Positions 51,017-60,282 of a stretch of 64,000 nucleotides of DNA are shown here, piece after piece. The notes beneath the pieces were generated by a model that made no database searches, had not been told where the DNA came from, and saw only the letters and a list, made by a program, of their open reading frames with translations. A program made the position numbers and the translations under genes. Location: NCBI GenBank assembly GCA_965218975.1, contig OZ244717.1:1-64000 (forward strand), read 5' to 3'. The DNA is from Candidatus Oxydemutatoraceae bacterium. Lineage in GTDB: Bacteria > Pseudomonadota > Gammaproteobacteria > Poriferisulfidales > Oxydemutatoraceae. Every line of letters starts with the position of its first letter. The stretch's first letter is position 1.

Positions 51017-52492
51017 TTAGTTTGATGTCACCATAAGTACTTCATCAAGCGTCGTTTCACCTTTGAAGACATGGGCAAGCCCGACCGAACGCAAACTTGG
51101 TTGAGTTTTTCTAACATGCGCCTCCATCTGGACTTCACTCGCACCCTCGTGAATCATCTGGCGTAATTGATCGTCCATTACAACTAAATCAAACAAGCCG
51201 AAACGGCCGGCATAGCCGGTATGATTACACTTTTCACAACCTTTCACTTGGTAAGCTGTGCGATCATCGGTAAGATATTCGGCGGCAATGCCCCAGCGAT
51301 TAATTTCTTCCGAACTGATCTGGTATGGCTCGCGACATTCCGGACATAAGCGCCGCACTAAACGCTGTGCCAGAACCCCTTGCAAAGTGGCGGTCAATAA
51401 GAATGATTCAACATCCATATCACCGAGTCGCGTCACCGCTCCTGTTGCCGTATTAGTATGTAACGTCGATAACACCAAGTGTCCGGTTAAGCTTGCTTGC
51501 ACCGCAATATCGGCGGTTTCCTTATCGCGAATCTCTCCGATCAACACAACATCCGGGTCTTGTCGCAAAATGGCACGCAGACCTCTAGCAAAGGTCATAT
51601 TGGCTTTAGTGTTAACTTGCGTCTGACTAATACCTTCAATATTATACTCTATCGGATCTTCAATGGTCATTACATTGCGTCGTTCGTAATCAACTTCGGC
51701 CAACGCCGCGTATAGGGTCGTACTTTTGCCGCTACCCGTCGGGCCTGTCACCAATACAATTCCGTGAGGACGGTGCACCATCTGCTTGAATTGAGTCTGC
51801 ATTGCACGGCTCATCCCTAACTGATTCAAACTCGGTCGTTCCATGCCTTTGTCCAAAATCCTGAGCACCACCCGTTCACCATAGCTTGAAGGCAGCGTGG
51901 AAACCCGCAAATCTACCGCACGTCCGCCAAGCAATAGTGAAATACGCCCGTCTTGCGGCACCCGTTTTTCCGCGATATCCAACCGTGCTAAAATTTTAAT
52001 CCGGGAAACCAGCAGAGGAGCCAATTGCATTGACGGCGCCAACATAACGGTCAGAGTTCCATCAAGACGAAAACGTATCTGCAATTCGTCTTCGCGTGGT
52101 TCAATATGAATATCTGATGCTTTTTTACGAATCGCTTCTAGGAAAATAGCATTGAGCATTCTAATAATCGGCGCGTCATCTTCACTCTTTAGCAAATCTT
52201 CCGGCTTTTCCATCGCGGCGGCAACTTCACTCAACCCCATTTCACCGACATCAGGCATTTCAGCAAATGCATCATCCCGGTTGGCATATACTCTCTGGAG
52301 TCCTTCGTTGAACTCGCTCGATTTCAACTGTTTTAAGGGCAATTCGGCGCCGCACCAAAGCTTGACTTCTTGCAAAGCAGCTATATCGGCATCGGAACGA
52401 AAACAAACGATGGTATCGCCGCCGGCAGTTTGCTCAATAAAAACACCTTGTTCTTGGGCAAAATTAAATGGAATGGGTTTATCAACGCTCAT
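51017..52492 (-). CDS. gspE: T2SS ATPase E
   Basis: ASDIHIEP, GPTGSGKSTT, EDPIE, LRQDPD, TLHTN, tetra-Cys motif. Confidence 0.96.
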   Translation of the reverse strand: MSVDKPIPFNFAQEQGVFIEQTAGGDTIVCFRSDADIAALQEVKLWCGAELPLKQLKSSEFNEGLQRVYANRDDAFAEMPDVGEMGLSEVAAAMEKPEDLLKSEDDAPIIRMLNAIFLEAIRKKASDIHIEPREDELQIRFRLDGTLTVMLAPSMQLAPLLVSRIKILARLDIAEKRVPQDGRISLLLGGRAVDLRVSTLPSSYGERVVLRILDKGMERPSLNQLGMSRAMQTQFKQMVHRPHGIVLVTGPTGSGKSTTLYAALAEVDYERRNVMTIEDPIEYNIEGISQTQVNTKANMTFARGLRAILRQDPDVVLIGEIRDKETADIAVQASLTGHLVLSTLHTNTATGAVTRLGDMDVESFLLTATLQGVLAQRLVRRLCPECREPYQISSEEINRWGIAAEYLTDDRTAYQVKGCEKCNHTGYAGRFGLFDLVVMDDQLRQMIHEGASEVQMEAHVRKTQPSLRSVGLAHVFKGETTLDEVLMVTSN

Positions 52493-52498
52493 AAATCT

Positions 52499-53176
52499 TC
52501 AACGAAACATTTGATCGGCGTGCAATTTGAAACGCTGCCCGCGGAAATTTACTACGACGCCGTCCGGCAAAATCTTCTCAACGGTAAGATCATCTCCAAC
52601 AGATTGATTCTCGCGTAATATCATACCGTTAATTATAACTTTTCGCGCCCGTACTTGGGTTCCCGAATACAAATGTCCGGTCAGACGCAATGTCGGCAAA
52701 CTCTCTTGCGGCAAATCAGGTAATTGATCATAGTCAGGCTCTTTCTCCTCAATCACCGATAAATCGGATGGCGGCATTTTGATGGCTGGCAGTGGCGTTT
52801 TAATTAGGGGTTGAGTAAGCGGGGCAGCAGGTATTGATTCCGGCTTCAATGAATTCATCGGCGCACTGACAGGTTCTTTAACCGATGGGGCGGGCATTGT
52901 TTGACGATCGGATGGAAATAACGGTGTTGATTCTTGCCCGTACATCGGACGACTATCCGGATATTCAAAGGGTATCTTGACGATATCCGACCAATATAAA
53001 ATCCAAATGATGAACCCGATCAACACCAACCCACAAACGATCATGAATATCTTGTTGTTCGCCAAACGACTATCAGTTCCAACAAGCGCTTTGGGTTCCG
53101 GAGACAATGCCGTCGGAATATTACCGCTTTTTCTATCCGCATCAGCTTTCTTTAGTGCCGAAAGTATGTACGACAT
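52499..53176 (-). CDS. gspB: GspB/ExeB
   Basis: MSYILSALKKA N-terminus, TM, Pro-rich linker, GHLYS...VIING. Confidence 0.88.
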   Translation of the reverse strand: MSYILSALKKADADRKSGNIPTALSPEPKALVGTDSRLANNKIFMIVCGLVLIGFIIWILYWSDIVKIPFEYPDSRPMYGQESTPLFPSDRQTMPAPSVKEPVSAPMNSLKPESIPAAPLTQPLIKTPLPAIKMPPSDLSVIEEKEPDYDQLPDLPQESLPTLRLTGHLYSGTQVRARKVIINGMILRENQSVGDDLTVEKILPDGVVVNFRGQRFKLHADQMFR

Positions 53177-53184
53177 GCTGTTAC

Positions 53185-54918
53185 CTACACATGAAACTTG
53201 CGCGGGCAATTACCGCGACGATTGTTCGTTAACACCGGTGTTTTAGTGTTGATCGTGTTTAACATAATGATTGTCTCCTTACCGATCAATCCGTCAACCT
53301 GTAAGCCGCAACGTCTCTGTAGTTGTCTGACTTTTGCCATCAGCGATATGTCATAGACAATCGGACGGCTGTCTAAAACCTTGCGCCCTTCGACCAGCGC
53401 CAATTGATTGTTTAACCATGTAACTGCCAGACTCTCGTCGCCAGGACGTACAGTACGAATAAAATTGTCGGGGCGGCGCCATAAAACAGTATATTCACCT
53501 GTCCAAAAGTTTTCTATTCGCGTCCGTTGAATCGATAGAGTTTTTTGCCCGACTCCAACTTTCCACTCATTGCTATTTAACACTGATAGTAGCGCAGCAT
53601 AAAAGGGTCGTCCCCGGTCCGACACTAGTTTTAGCAAAACCGGGCGGTTGATTCTTCGTATATCAATAAAATTGCCGTGTCTGTGCCAACAATCCAATTG
53701 GTGCTCACGCGCAAGTTCACACGGGGCTCGCCCTCCGCTCTCTGCCATGTTGTTAATCTGCCAACTTTTAAGCAATGCGGTGTACGCCTCAGATTCACGA
53801 AAATCTCCCCGTGCCAAATGCTCCCAGCTCATCGGCGCGTCATCTTGCAGAGTACTCGTGCCGGGCAAAAGCACTTTTGGTTTGGTAGACTCAAATGTTT
53901 CAGCGGGTAAACGCGATTCCGGCAGTTCCGATAATGTCGACGGAATATTTTCAGATACAGTATGGGAATTTAACAATGAATTCGACGACTGCACTCGTAA
54001 TGGAGAATAAGCGGTTATAACAATCCAATATGCGACACAAAATAACACTGTCGCTATGGAGAATGATGCCCACAAAGAACCGCTATTTGCGCCGAATAAT
54101 AACCGGCGGCGCTTACCAAATACTTCGTTTGCCGCCTGCTCCAATATTTTCATGCTGACTTCATGTTTATCATGAGCATAGCAACCGAGTAATGCGCGGT
54201 CACACAGTAAATTGACCAACCGCGGAATACCTTTGCTTAACTGTGCGATACGTAGCATAACTGTCGACGGAAAAATTGATGAGTTGCCTTGGGCAACTTC
54301 AAGGCGATGCATGATGTAGGCACGAACCTCCTTATTATTTAAGGCTTTCAAATGATACCGGGCAACGATTCTTTGCGATAACTGACGCAGTTCGGGCTGT
54401 TCCAATTTTTTTAGCAATTCCGGTTGTCCTATCAAAACAATTTGAATCAGTTTATGTTCGTTGGTTTCAAGATTGGTCAGCAAACGCAATTGTTCCAGCA
54501 CATTAATGCTAAGATTCTGCGCCTCTTCAACGATAATAACCGCATGCCATCCCTTGCTATGCGTCTGCAACAACCAAGTGTTTAATCCATCAATCAGGGC
54601 ATTGATGGTGCCGCCCGCTTCGTACGCAATTCCAAACTCGCGACAAATAGTTTCGAGTAATTCGGCTTCGCTGAGGCGGGGGTTAAAAATCATTGCAAGG
54701 TGCACATCTTTAGGCACTTGCTCAATCAAACATCTGCAGAGGGTGGTTTTACCGGTACCAACTTCACCGGTTAATAAAATGAAACTGCCGTTTTTTTCTT
54801 CGAGACCATAAGTCAAATGAGCAAGCGCCTCACGATGCTGTTCGCTTAGGTACAGGTAGTGAGGGTTCGGCGCTATCGTAAAAGGATTTTCAGTCAGATG
54901 GAAGTATTTTTCGTACAT
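53185..54918 (-). CDS. gspA: GspA/ExeA AAA ATPase with peptidoglycan-binding domain
   Basis: PFTIAPNP.YLY, GEVGTGKTT, EAQNL, GIPRLVNLLCD, C-terminal GLQVDGLIG.ET. Confidence 0.92.
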   Translation of the reverse strand: MYEKYFHLTENPFTIAPNPHYLYLSEQHREALAHLTYGLEEKNGSFILLTGEVGTGKTTLCRCLIEQVPKDVHLAMIFNPRLSEAELLETICREFGIAYEAGGTINALIDGLNTWLLQTHSKGWHAVIIVEEAQNLSINVLEQLRLLTNLETNEHKLIQIVLIGQPELLKKLEQPELRQLSQRIVARYHLKALNNKEVRAYIMHRLEVAQGNSSIFPSTVMLRIAQLSKGIPRLVNLLCDRALLGCYAHDKHEVSMKILEQAANEVFGKRRRLLFGANSGSLWASFSIATVLFCVAYWIVITAYSPLRVQSSNSLLNSHTVSENIPSTLSELPESRLPAETFESTKPKVLLPGTSTLQDDAPMSWEHLARGDFRESEAYTALLKSWQINNMAESGGRAPCELAREHQLDCWHRHGNFIDIRRINRPVLLKLVSDRGRPFYAALLSVLNSNEWKVGVGQKTLSIQRTRIENFWTGEYTVLWRRPDNFIRTVRPGDESLAVTWLNNQLALVEGRKVLDSRPIVYDISLMAKVRQLQRRCGLQVDGLIGKETIIMLNTINTKTPVLTNNRRGNCPRKFHV

Positions 54919-54951
54919 GGGCAGGAGATACGACGGTACCGATAATGTGCC

Positions 54952-57054
54952 TCATGCTCCATCTTCAACACTGCGCCGGCGAATCACACGGCGGATGACC
55001 TTGCGCCTCTTCTTGCTGCGCTTTTCCATGACCTCTTCATCACCGGTATCAGCATCATTGGAAATTTTAGGCAAAACCGCGCTACCTGCCATCTCTTCCT
55101 GATCACCGAGCAGACTGTTAATATTTTCACCGTAGAATAGCTGCTCCAGACGAATCCGAGCATATACTTCTTTGGAAAAGTCATGGCTTTCTTCAGGATT
55201 ACGTAAAATCGTCGGCTTAATAAAAATCATTAATGTATTGGCAGTATTATCGCTGTCGCGATTACGAAACAAATGACCAAGCACGGGTACTTTGCTCAGC
55301 AACGGTACGCGGCTCTCATTTTCCATACGTTGATTGCTAATTAACCCGCCGAGAATCAGAATATCGCCATCGTTGACGACCACGCTGGTTTTTAATTCTC
55401 GTTTTGTGGTTTCCGGAAACTCTCTGTTCCCATCTATGGTGGTACCGGTAATGTCTTCGGTTTTCTGTTCAATTTCGAGCTTAACGGCATCACCTTCGGT
55501 GATCTGTGGTGTCACTTTAAGCAAGGTGCCGAATTCTTCCTTGCTACGTGCAGTAGTTGTGCTACCTGAGCCGCTCGTCTGACCGGTTTCAACATAGCGC
55601 GTATCCGACACATCAATCATTGCCTCTTCGTTATTCAGCGTTAGAATAGACGGTGTGGACAATACGTTAGAGTTGGTATCGGTGCGTACAGCATCAATCA
55701 ACAAACTGATTTGGTGCCCTCTGTCAGTGACTGCGCCACCTGCTGTTATCCGCCCGCCGCTTAGACCTGCTAAAAGACCGCTATAAGATTCTCCGCCAAT
55801 GAAATTAGACAAAATAACATTGCCATCATCATCAAAACCAATATTGCCTAAACGCGAATTAATCTCAGCCATCTGACTAGCGCTAATATCGGCGATAATC
55901 GCTTCAATCAACACTTGCGGGCGCGGCACATCTAACTTACTGATAATATGCAGAACCGCATCGATAATCTTCGGCGGACCGCCGACGATCAAGGAATTGG
56001 TTTCCTCGTCATACTGTACTGTGTAATTGCGCGCATCATCCTTACCGGACTTAATCAAAGCCTGCTTGCTTTTCGATGAAGCGGGCTGTTTTTTCTTACT
56101 TTTCTTACTTTTCTTACTTTTAGCTTTTTTCTTCGGTTTGGACGGAGTGACTTCGGTAAACGCATAACTACCTTGCCCGCCAAGGTTTTTCAGGAACGCC
56201 GATGAGCTAAACAGATTTTTCAGCAACGTCGCCATATCTTCGGCTTTAGCATAATGTAGAGGAATAATCCGAATGCTGCCGGATAAACTAGCCGAAGCGG
56301 CAGGAGTATCCATATCGGCAATTAATGCTCGCAGACGCAGACGCATTTCACTAGGCCCGACTAAAATAATGCGATTGGCATCCTCATCGGCAATAATTTC
56401 AACCAGATGACGGAGGTTCTTATTGCTGACTTTTTGGATGACTTTCTGCATGCTGATGGCATCCAAATACCGCAACGGCACCAAATCGTAATCGGCGATT
56501 GACGGTACATCCAGCTTTGTCAAAATAGTCTTGGCACGTGCCAAATTCGCCTTCACTTCAGTAATAATGACGGTATTGGTTTCCTTATGACTCAAAACTT
56601 GCGCCTGCGGTGTCATTAGCGGTTTAATGAGCGGAATGACGCTGCCGGCATTCAGATGATTGATCGTTACGATCTCAGTGATCAAATTTTCCGGAATATC
56701 GTTTTCCGAATAACGCGCGCCGAGATTGGCAGGAACAACACGAGTGATTCCAAGACTTTCTATCGCACGAAACCCATGCATGCGTAAAATGGATAGCATT
56801 ACATCATACAATGCGCTTTCCGCAATCGGCTCGTTAGCGATAATCGTCACTTTACCGCGCACTCGCGGGTCAATTAAGAAGTTTTTACCGGCAATCTCGC
56901 CGACGCTCTCAATGATCTGACGAATGTCCACATCACGGAAGTTCATCATTAACGGCTCGTCGGATTTGACTAGCATCGGCAAAATCATCATCGACAATAC
57001 CAACATCATTGTAGGAAAAGTAAAACGCCACAGTTTATAAACGAATGAATACAT
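54952..57054 (-). CDS. gspD: T2SS secretin D
   Basis: NFRDVDI, IDPRVRGKV, QVLIEAII, VPLLSKVP.LG.LF, LMIFIKPTI. Confidence 0.95.
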   Translation of the reverse strand: MYSFVYKLWRFTFPTMMLVLSMMILPMLVKSDEPLMMNFRDVDIRQIIESVGEIAGKNFLIDPRVRGKVTIIANEPIAESALYDVMLSILRMHGFRAIESLGITRVVPANLGARYSENDIPENLITEIVTINHLNAGSVIPLIKPLMTPQAQVLSHKETNTVIITEVKANLARAKTILTKLDVPSIADYDLVPLRYLDAISMQKVIQKVSNKNLRHLVEIIADEDANRIILVGPSEMRLRLRALIADMDTPAASASLSGSIRIIPLHYAKAEDMATLLKNLFSSSAFLKNLGGQGSYAFTEVTPSKPKKKAKSKKSKKSKKKQPASSKSKQALIKSGKDDARNYTVQYDEETNSLIVGGPPKIIDAVLHIISKLDVPRPQVLIEAIIADISASQMAEINSRLGNIGFDDDGNVILSNFIGGESYSGLLAGLSGGRITAGGAVTDRGHQISLLIDAVRTDTNSNVLSTPSILTLNNEEAMIDVSDTRYVETGQTSGSGSTTTARSKEEFGTLLKVTPQITEGDAVKLEIEQKTEDITGTTIDGNREFPETTKRELKTSVVVNDGDILILGGLISNQRMENESRVPLLSKVPVLGHLFRNRDSDNTANTLMIFIKPTILRNPEESHDFSKEVYARIRLEQLFYGENINSLLGDQEEMAGSAVLPKISNDADTGDEEVMEKRSKKRRKVIRRVIRRRSVEDGA
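56091..56117. repeat. 3x9-bp in-frame tandem repeat TTTTCTTAC in gspD (encodes SKK repeats)
   Basis: Directly visible. Confidence 0.85.
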
Positions 57055-57063
57055 GTGCTTTGC

Positions 57064-57939
57064 CTATTGAATAAAAATATCCGTCACAACTCCCTCACGC
57101 ATAACTTGGAGGTTTATACCATCGGATTTTAGCAGGGATTGCCATGATTTCGGGTCTTTTATTAGCTCGCGCACGGTCCGATCATTAACGGAAGTAACAA
57201 TATCCCCCTCCATAAAGCCCATTTCATCAAACAATTCCTTGTATTTACTCTCTCTAGGACTAACTTTAAATCCAAATCCTTTTGCTCCTCTTACCCGCTT
57301 AAATTTTATGATTTCGGTCAGTTTGGTCGGCTCCTCAATCAAGGCCTCACGAATATTTACAGCGCTTAAAGGCTCGTCACTTACATCGTCAGTGTCATCC
57401 GATTCCTCTTCCTCTTCGTCCGGAATCTCTCCTGAAAATAAATTGATTCGTTTGATTTCTAAAACCTCTATTCGTCCGTCGCGTTCCAGATTGACATAGT
57501 AGTTCCCGACTTTTCGCAAAAAGATCGCCGGAACCACTTCATCGCCGACATAAAATATTTTTCCCTTCTTTCCTCCTATGGCAATTAGCGCAATCCCCTC
57601 ATCTTCACCACCTTGTGCGATGACTCCTAATAATTTCGCATTTAACTTTGAAGGCGCAACGGATTTGCGTGCGCGCGGTCCGGTATCCATAAACCAATTC
57701 CAAGAACCTTGCCGAAGCAATTTAGGTTGTTTGGGCAAATCTAATACAACCGGCGCCTTGAAATCTTGGGGGTACATAACTTGCCAAAACAAAACAGACG
57801 CATAATAAAAAATTAACAATAACAGACCGAATATAGCGATTCTGCTAAGCACCACATTAAATGCTTGTAAGTAAGTGGTAGATATCCGGCTTAGGAAATG
57901 AGAAATTGATATATTTTGACTTGCTTTCATTGCTATCAA
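57064..57939 (-). CDS. gspC: T2SS protein C with PDZ-like domain
   Basis: TM helix, LNAKLLGV (HR domain), G...GDIVTSVN...V.R.G (PDZ). Confidence 0.88.
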   Translation of the reverse strand: MIAMKASQNISISHFLSRISTTYLQAFNVVLSRIAIFGLLLLIFYYASVLFWQVMYPQDFKAPVVLDLPKQPKLLRQGSWNWFMDTGPRARKSVAPSKLNAKLLGVIAQGGEDEGIALIAIGGKKGKIFYVGDEVVPAIFLRKVGNYYVNLERDGRIEVLEIKRINLFSGEIPDEEEEESDDTDDVSDEPLSAVNIREALIEEPTKLTEIIKFKRVRGAKGFGFKVSPRESKYKELFDEMGFMEGDIVTSVNDRTVRELIKDPKSWQSLLKSDGINLQVMREGVVTDIFIQ

Positions 57940-57966
57940 CCACCGATATCCCGTCTTACAGAGATA

Positions 57967-60192
57967 TCATGACTTACTTTGTTTCTCCAAAGCCTGTTGC
58001 GCTCGCCGTTTAATATTCTCTAAGATGTTTAGTCTTTTCTTAGCAGATGAAAAACGCTTTTTAAACCTTGATTCCTGTCGCCGTGAGTCAGCGGAATTAA
58101 GATTTTTTATGCTTTCCGAAAAACTTTTTGACTTTGCCTCTAATTTTTTCACATTTGTAGAAGCTTCGCGAATATAAAAATCTATCTCTTCAGGAACTTT
58201 ACGGTACTGCCCTGCTTGTAGCAAAACATTCATATAATTCAGTAATGTCTTATGATCCACTTTTTGCACTGATAGCAGCTGGCCAAAATAATGCGCTGTC
58301 TCCGCATATCGCCCCATTGTCCAATAGGCGCTCGCTAGATTGTACAACGTATTCCGACTGTATGGATAATCCGCAAGCACTTTCACGAGCAGAGGAATCG
58401 CTTTCTCTGCCTGACCCAATTTGAGCAGAGCTGTTGCTTCAAACCATTGTAGTTTTGTACGCAAGGGGTTGTATTCATAAGCTTTACGCGCTGCACGCAG
58501 TAGTTCGGACCCTCGACCGTTTTGCTGAATTAATATTGCCGCTTTTCGATAATAAATTTCAGACTGGAACAGATTGTAGTGGAACACCAACAACGCAATA
58601 CTTAGAATCAATGTAACTACACCGGGCAACCGGCGATAAATCGGCTTGGCGACTGATAAAGCATATTGTTTTTGACTGATATAGAAGGAATAGGCGCAAC
58701 TGAGTACTGCCAGGTAAACCACTATTACCAACAAAGGCACCGGTTGCTTGAATGGAAAACTGAATGCAGCATCTACTCCGATACCAATGAGTGCCAATAT
58801 GGGAGCAAACATCAGAAATCCTTCCGAAGATTCATGCTTAACCGATAGTAAGGCGGTGACTGTTTTAACCAAGGCTGCTAAAATGAGTAGAATGAAAATA
58901 AAGCCTATCATCCCTAGTTCACAGATGAATTCAACATAATCGTTGTGGGCATTTGCATGAAACTTATTTTGAACTAGTTGAACATCCTGCTCAACCCATG
59001 ACTGATATTCCGGATAATGAACGGTCCAGTTACCCAAACCTACCCCGGCAAAAAAATGATCAATGAGCATCGGGATTGAATTGGTCCAAATCCTAAAGCG
59101 AATATGTCCGGTATGCTCAATGTCGCTTATGACTGATTCGGCTACTTTCCACCCGTCTTTTGCATAATAAGGGCCTATTCCCTTAGTCCCTATTGAAGCT
59201 TTAGCAACTGCTTGAGATGTTCCTAACATAGTAGGTGTCACGTACGATAGTACAAGAACCAACGCTATCCCGGTAATCAATCCCAACTTTTTATCCTTCG
59301 TATTGAGTAATATATGTTTCCGTACGAATTTCCAATATGCTAAAAAAGTCAACAACACAACAATTTCAAACAAGGCGGAAACCCAAACGGCACGTGCTCG
59401 GGTATAGTATATAAATACTAAAATTAAAGCTGCCGTCAACGCAAAAAACCAAGTGCTAAATTTTGTTTTTGAGTTAAAGAAATAAATGATAGCGAGTGGG
59501 AAGGTAAGTAAGCCGTATTGACCTGCCATATTTTTGTTGCTAAATGTCGCCGCCGGAACAATATGTTGTTGCACCCAATCAATACCAAACAAGAATTGCC
59601 CGATGCCCAACAGAGCAATCAATAGCCCGCTAAGCGCCATCATAAACAAAAGTCTATGTAGCGCTTGCACATCTTTTACCAACAAAAGGACTAATAAACC
59701 GCCAACAATCGCACCGGTGTAATTGAGCGCAGCACGTGACCACTCATAGGTATTCAGCGACCAAAAAAACGATATGATTGCCCATAGATAAAACAATAAC
59801 ATCGGAAGCGGCATCGGCGCACACGGCAGCTCTATGGGACGTGTTCCGGAACGCGAAAATAGGTAGACGGCAAGTAATAATACTCCTAAAACCTGAATAT
59901 AGGCCGCCATGTGTAAATCCGGTGTATAGCCGCCTTTTTGGCCATAAGGTCCAACAATCGCCGGAGAGACAACCAAAAATATTACCAGCCAGAAAAGCCA
60001 GGGCAGAGCTGGCACGGACAACCGTGCTGCCATGGCTTCGCCTACTTGGAACTTTTTATCTTTATGAATACTTGCGCCGACTGAATCTAATACCGGCTTT
60101 TGCTTAATTTCTTGAGTACTCTGCCCTTGGGAATTCTTTGTCCGTTGCGTATTAGCGCGTAATCGCGACCTTCTTTTTTTACGTTTTGCCAT
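57967..60192 (-). CDS. O-antigen ligase / O-oligosaccharyltransferase-like (Wzy_C) membrane protein with C-terminal TPR region
   Basis: Many TM helices, ATFSNKN, RARAVW, RFRIW, GVGLGNW...YP, AHNDYVEFICELG; TPR-like helices in the C-terminal ~200 aa. Confidence 0.85.
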   Translation of the reverse strand: MAKRKKRRSRLRANTQRTKNSQGQSTQEIKQKPVLDSVGASIHKDKKFQVGEAMAARLSVPALPWLFWLVIFLVVSPAIVGPYGQKGGYTPDLHMAAYIQVLGVLLLAVYLFSRSGTRPIELPCAPMPLPMLLFYLWAIISFFWSLNTYEWSRAALNYTGAIVGGLLVLLLVKDVQALHRLLFMMALSGLLIALLGIGQFLFGIDWVQQHIVPAATFSNKNMAGQYGLLTFPLAIIYFFNSKTKFSTWFFALTAALILVFIYYTRARAVWVSALFEIVVLLTFLAYWKFVRKHILLNTKDKKLGLITGIALVLVLSYVTPTMLGTSQAVAKASIGTKGIGPYYAKDGWKVAESVISDIEHTGHIRFRIWTNSIPMLIDHFFAGVGLGNWTVHYPEYQSWVEQDVQLVQNKFHANAHNDYVEFICELGMIGFIFILLILAALVKTVTALLSVKHESSEGFLMFAPILALIGIGVDAAFSFPFKQPVPLLVIVVYLAVLSCAYSFYISQKQYALSVAKPIYRRLPGVVTLILSIALLVFHYNLFQSEIYYRKAAILIQQNGRGSELLRAARKAYEYNPLRTKLQWFEATALLKLGQAEKAIPLLVKVLADYPYSRNTLYNLASAYWTMGRYAETAHYFGQLLSVQKVDHKTLLNYMNVLLQAGQYRKVPEEIDFYIREASTNVKKLEAKSKSFSESIKNLNSADSRRQESRFKKRFSSAKKRLNILENIKRRAQQALEKQSKS

Positions 60193-60282
60193 AAATTCCC
60201 TAGTTTATTCGAAAAGCAATATACCTCATTTCTCTTATTTGGAAAATTTAATTATACTTGACAATATTAGGGGTTAGAAATC

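Noticed and set aside
60258-60263. TTGACA as a -35 element for the TPR protease
   Set aside because: No -10 hexamer at proper spacing before the ATG
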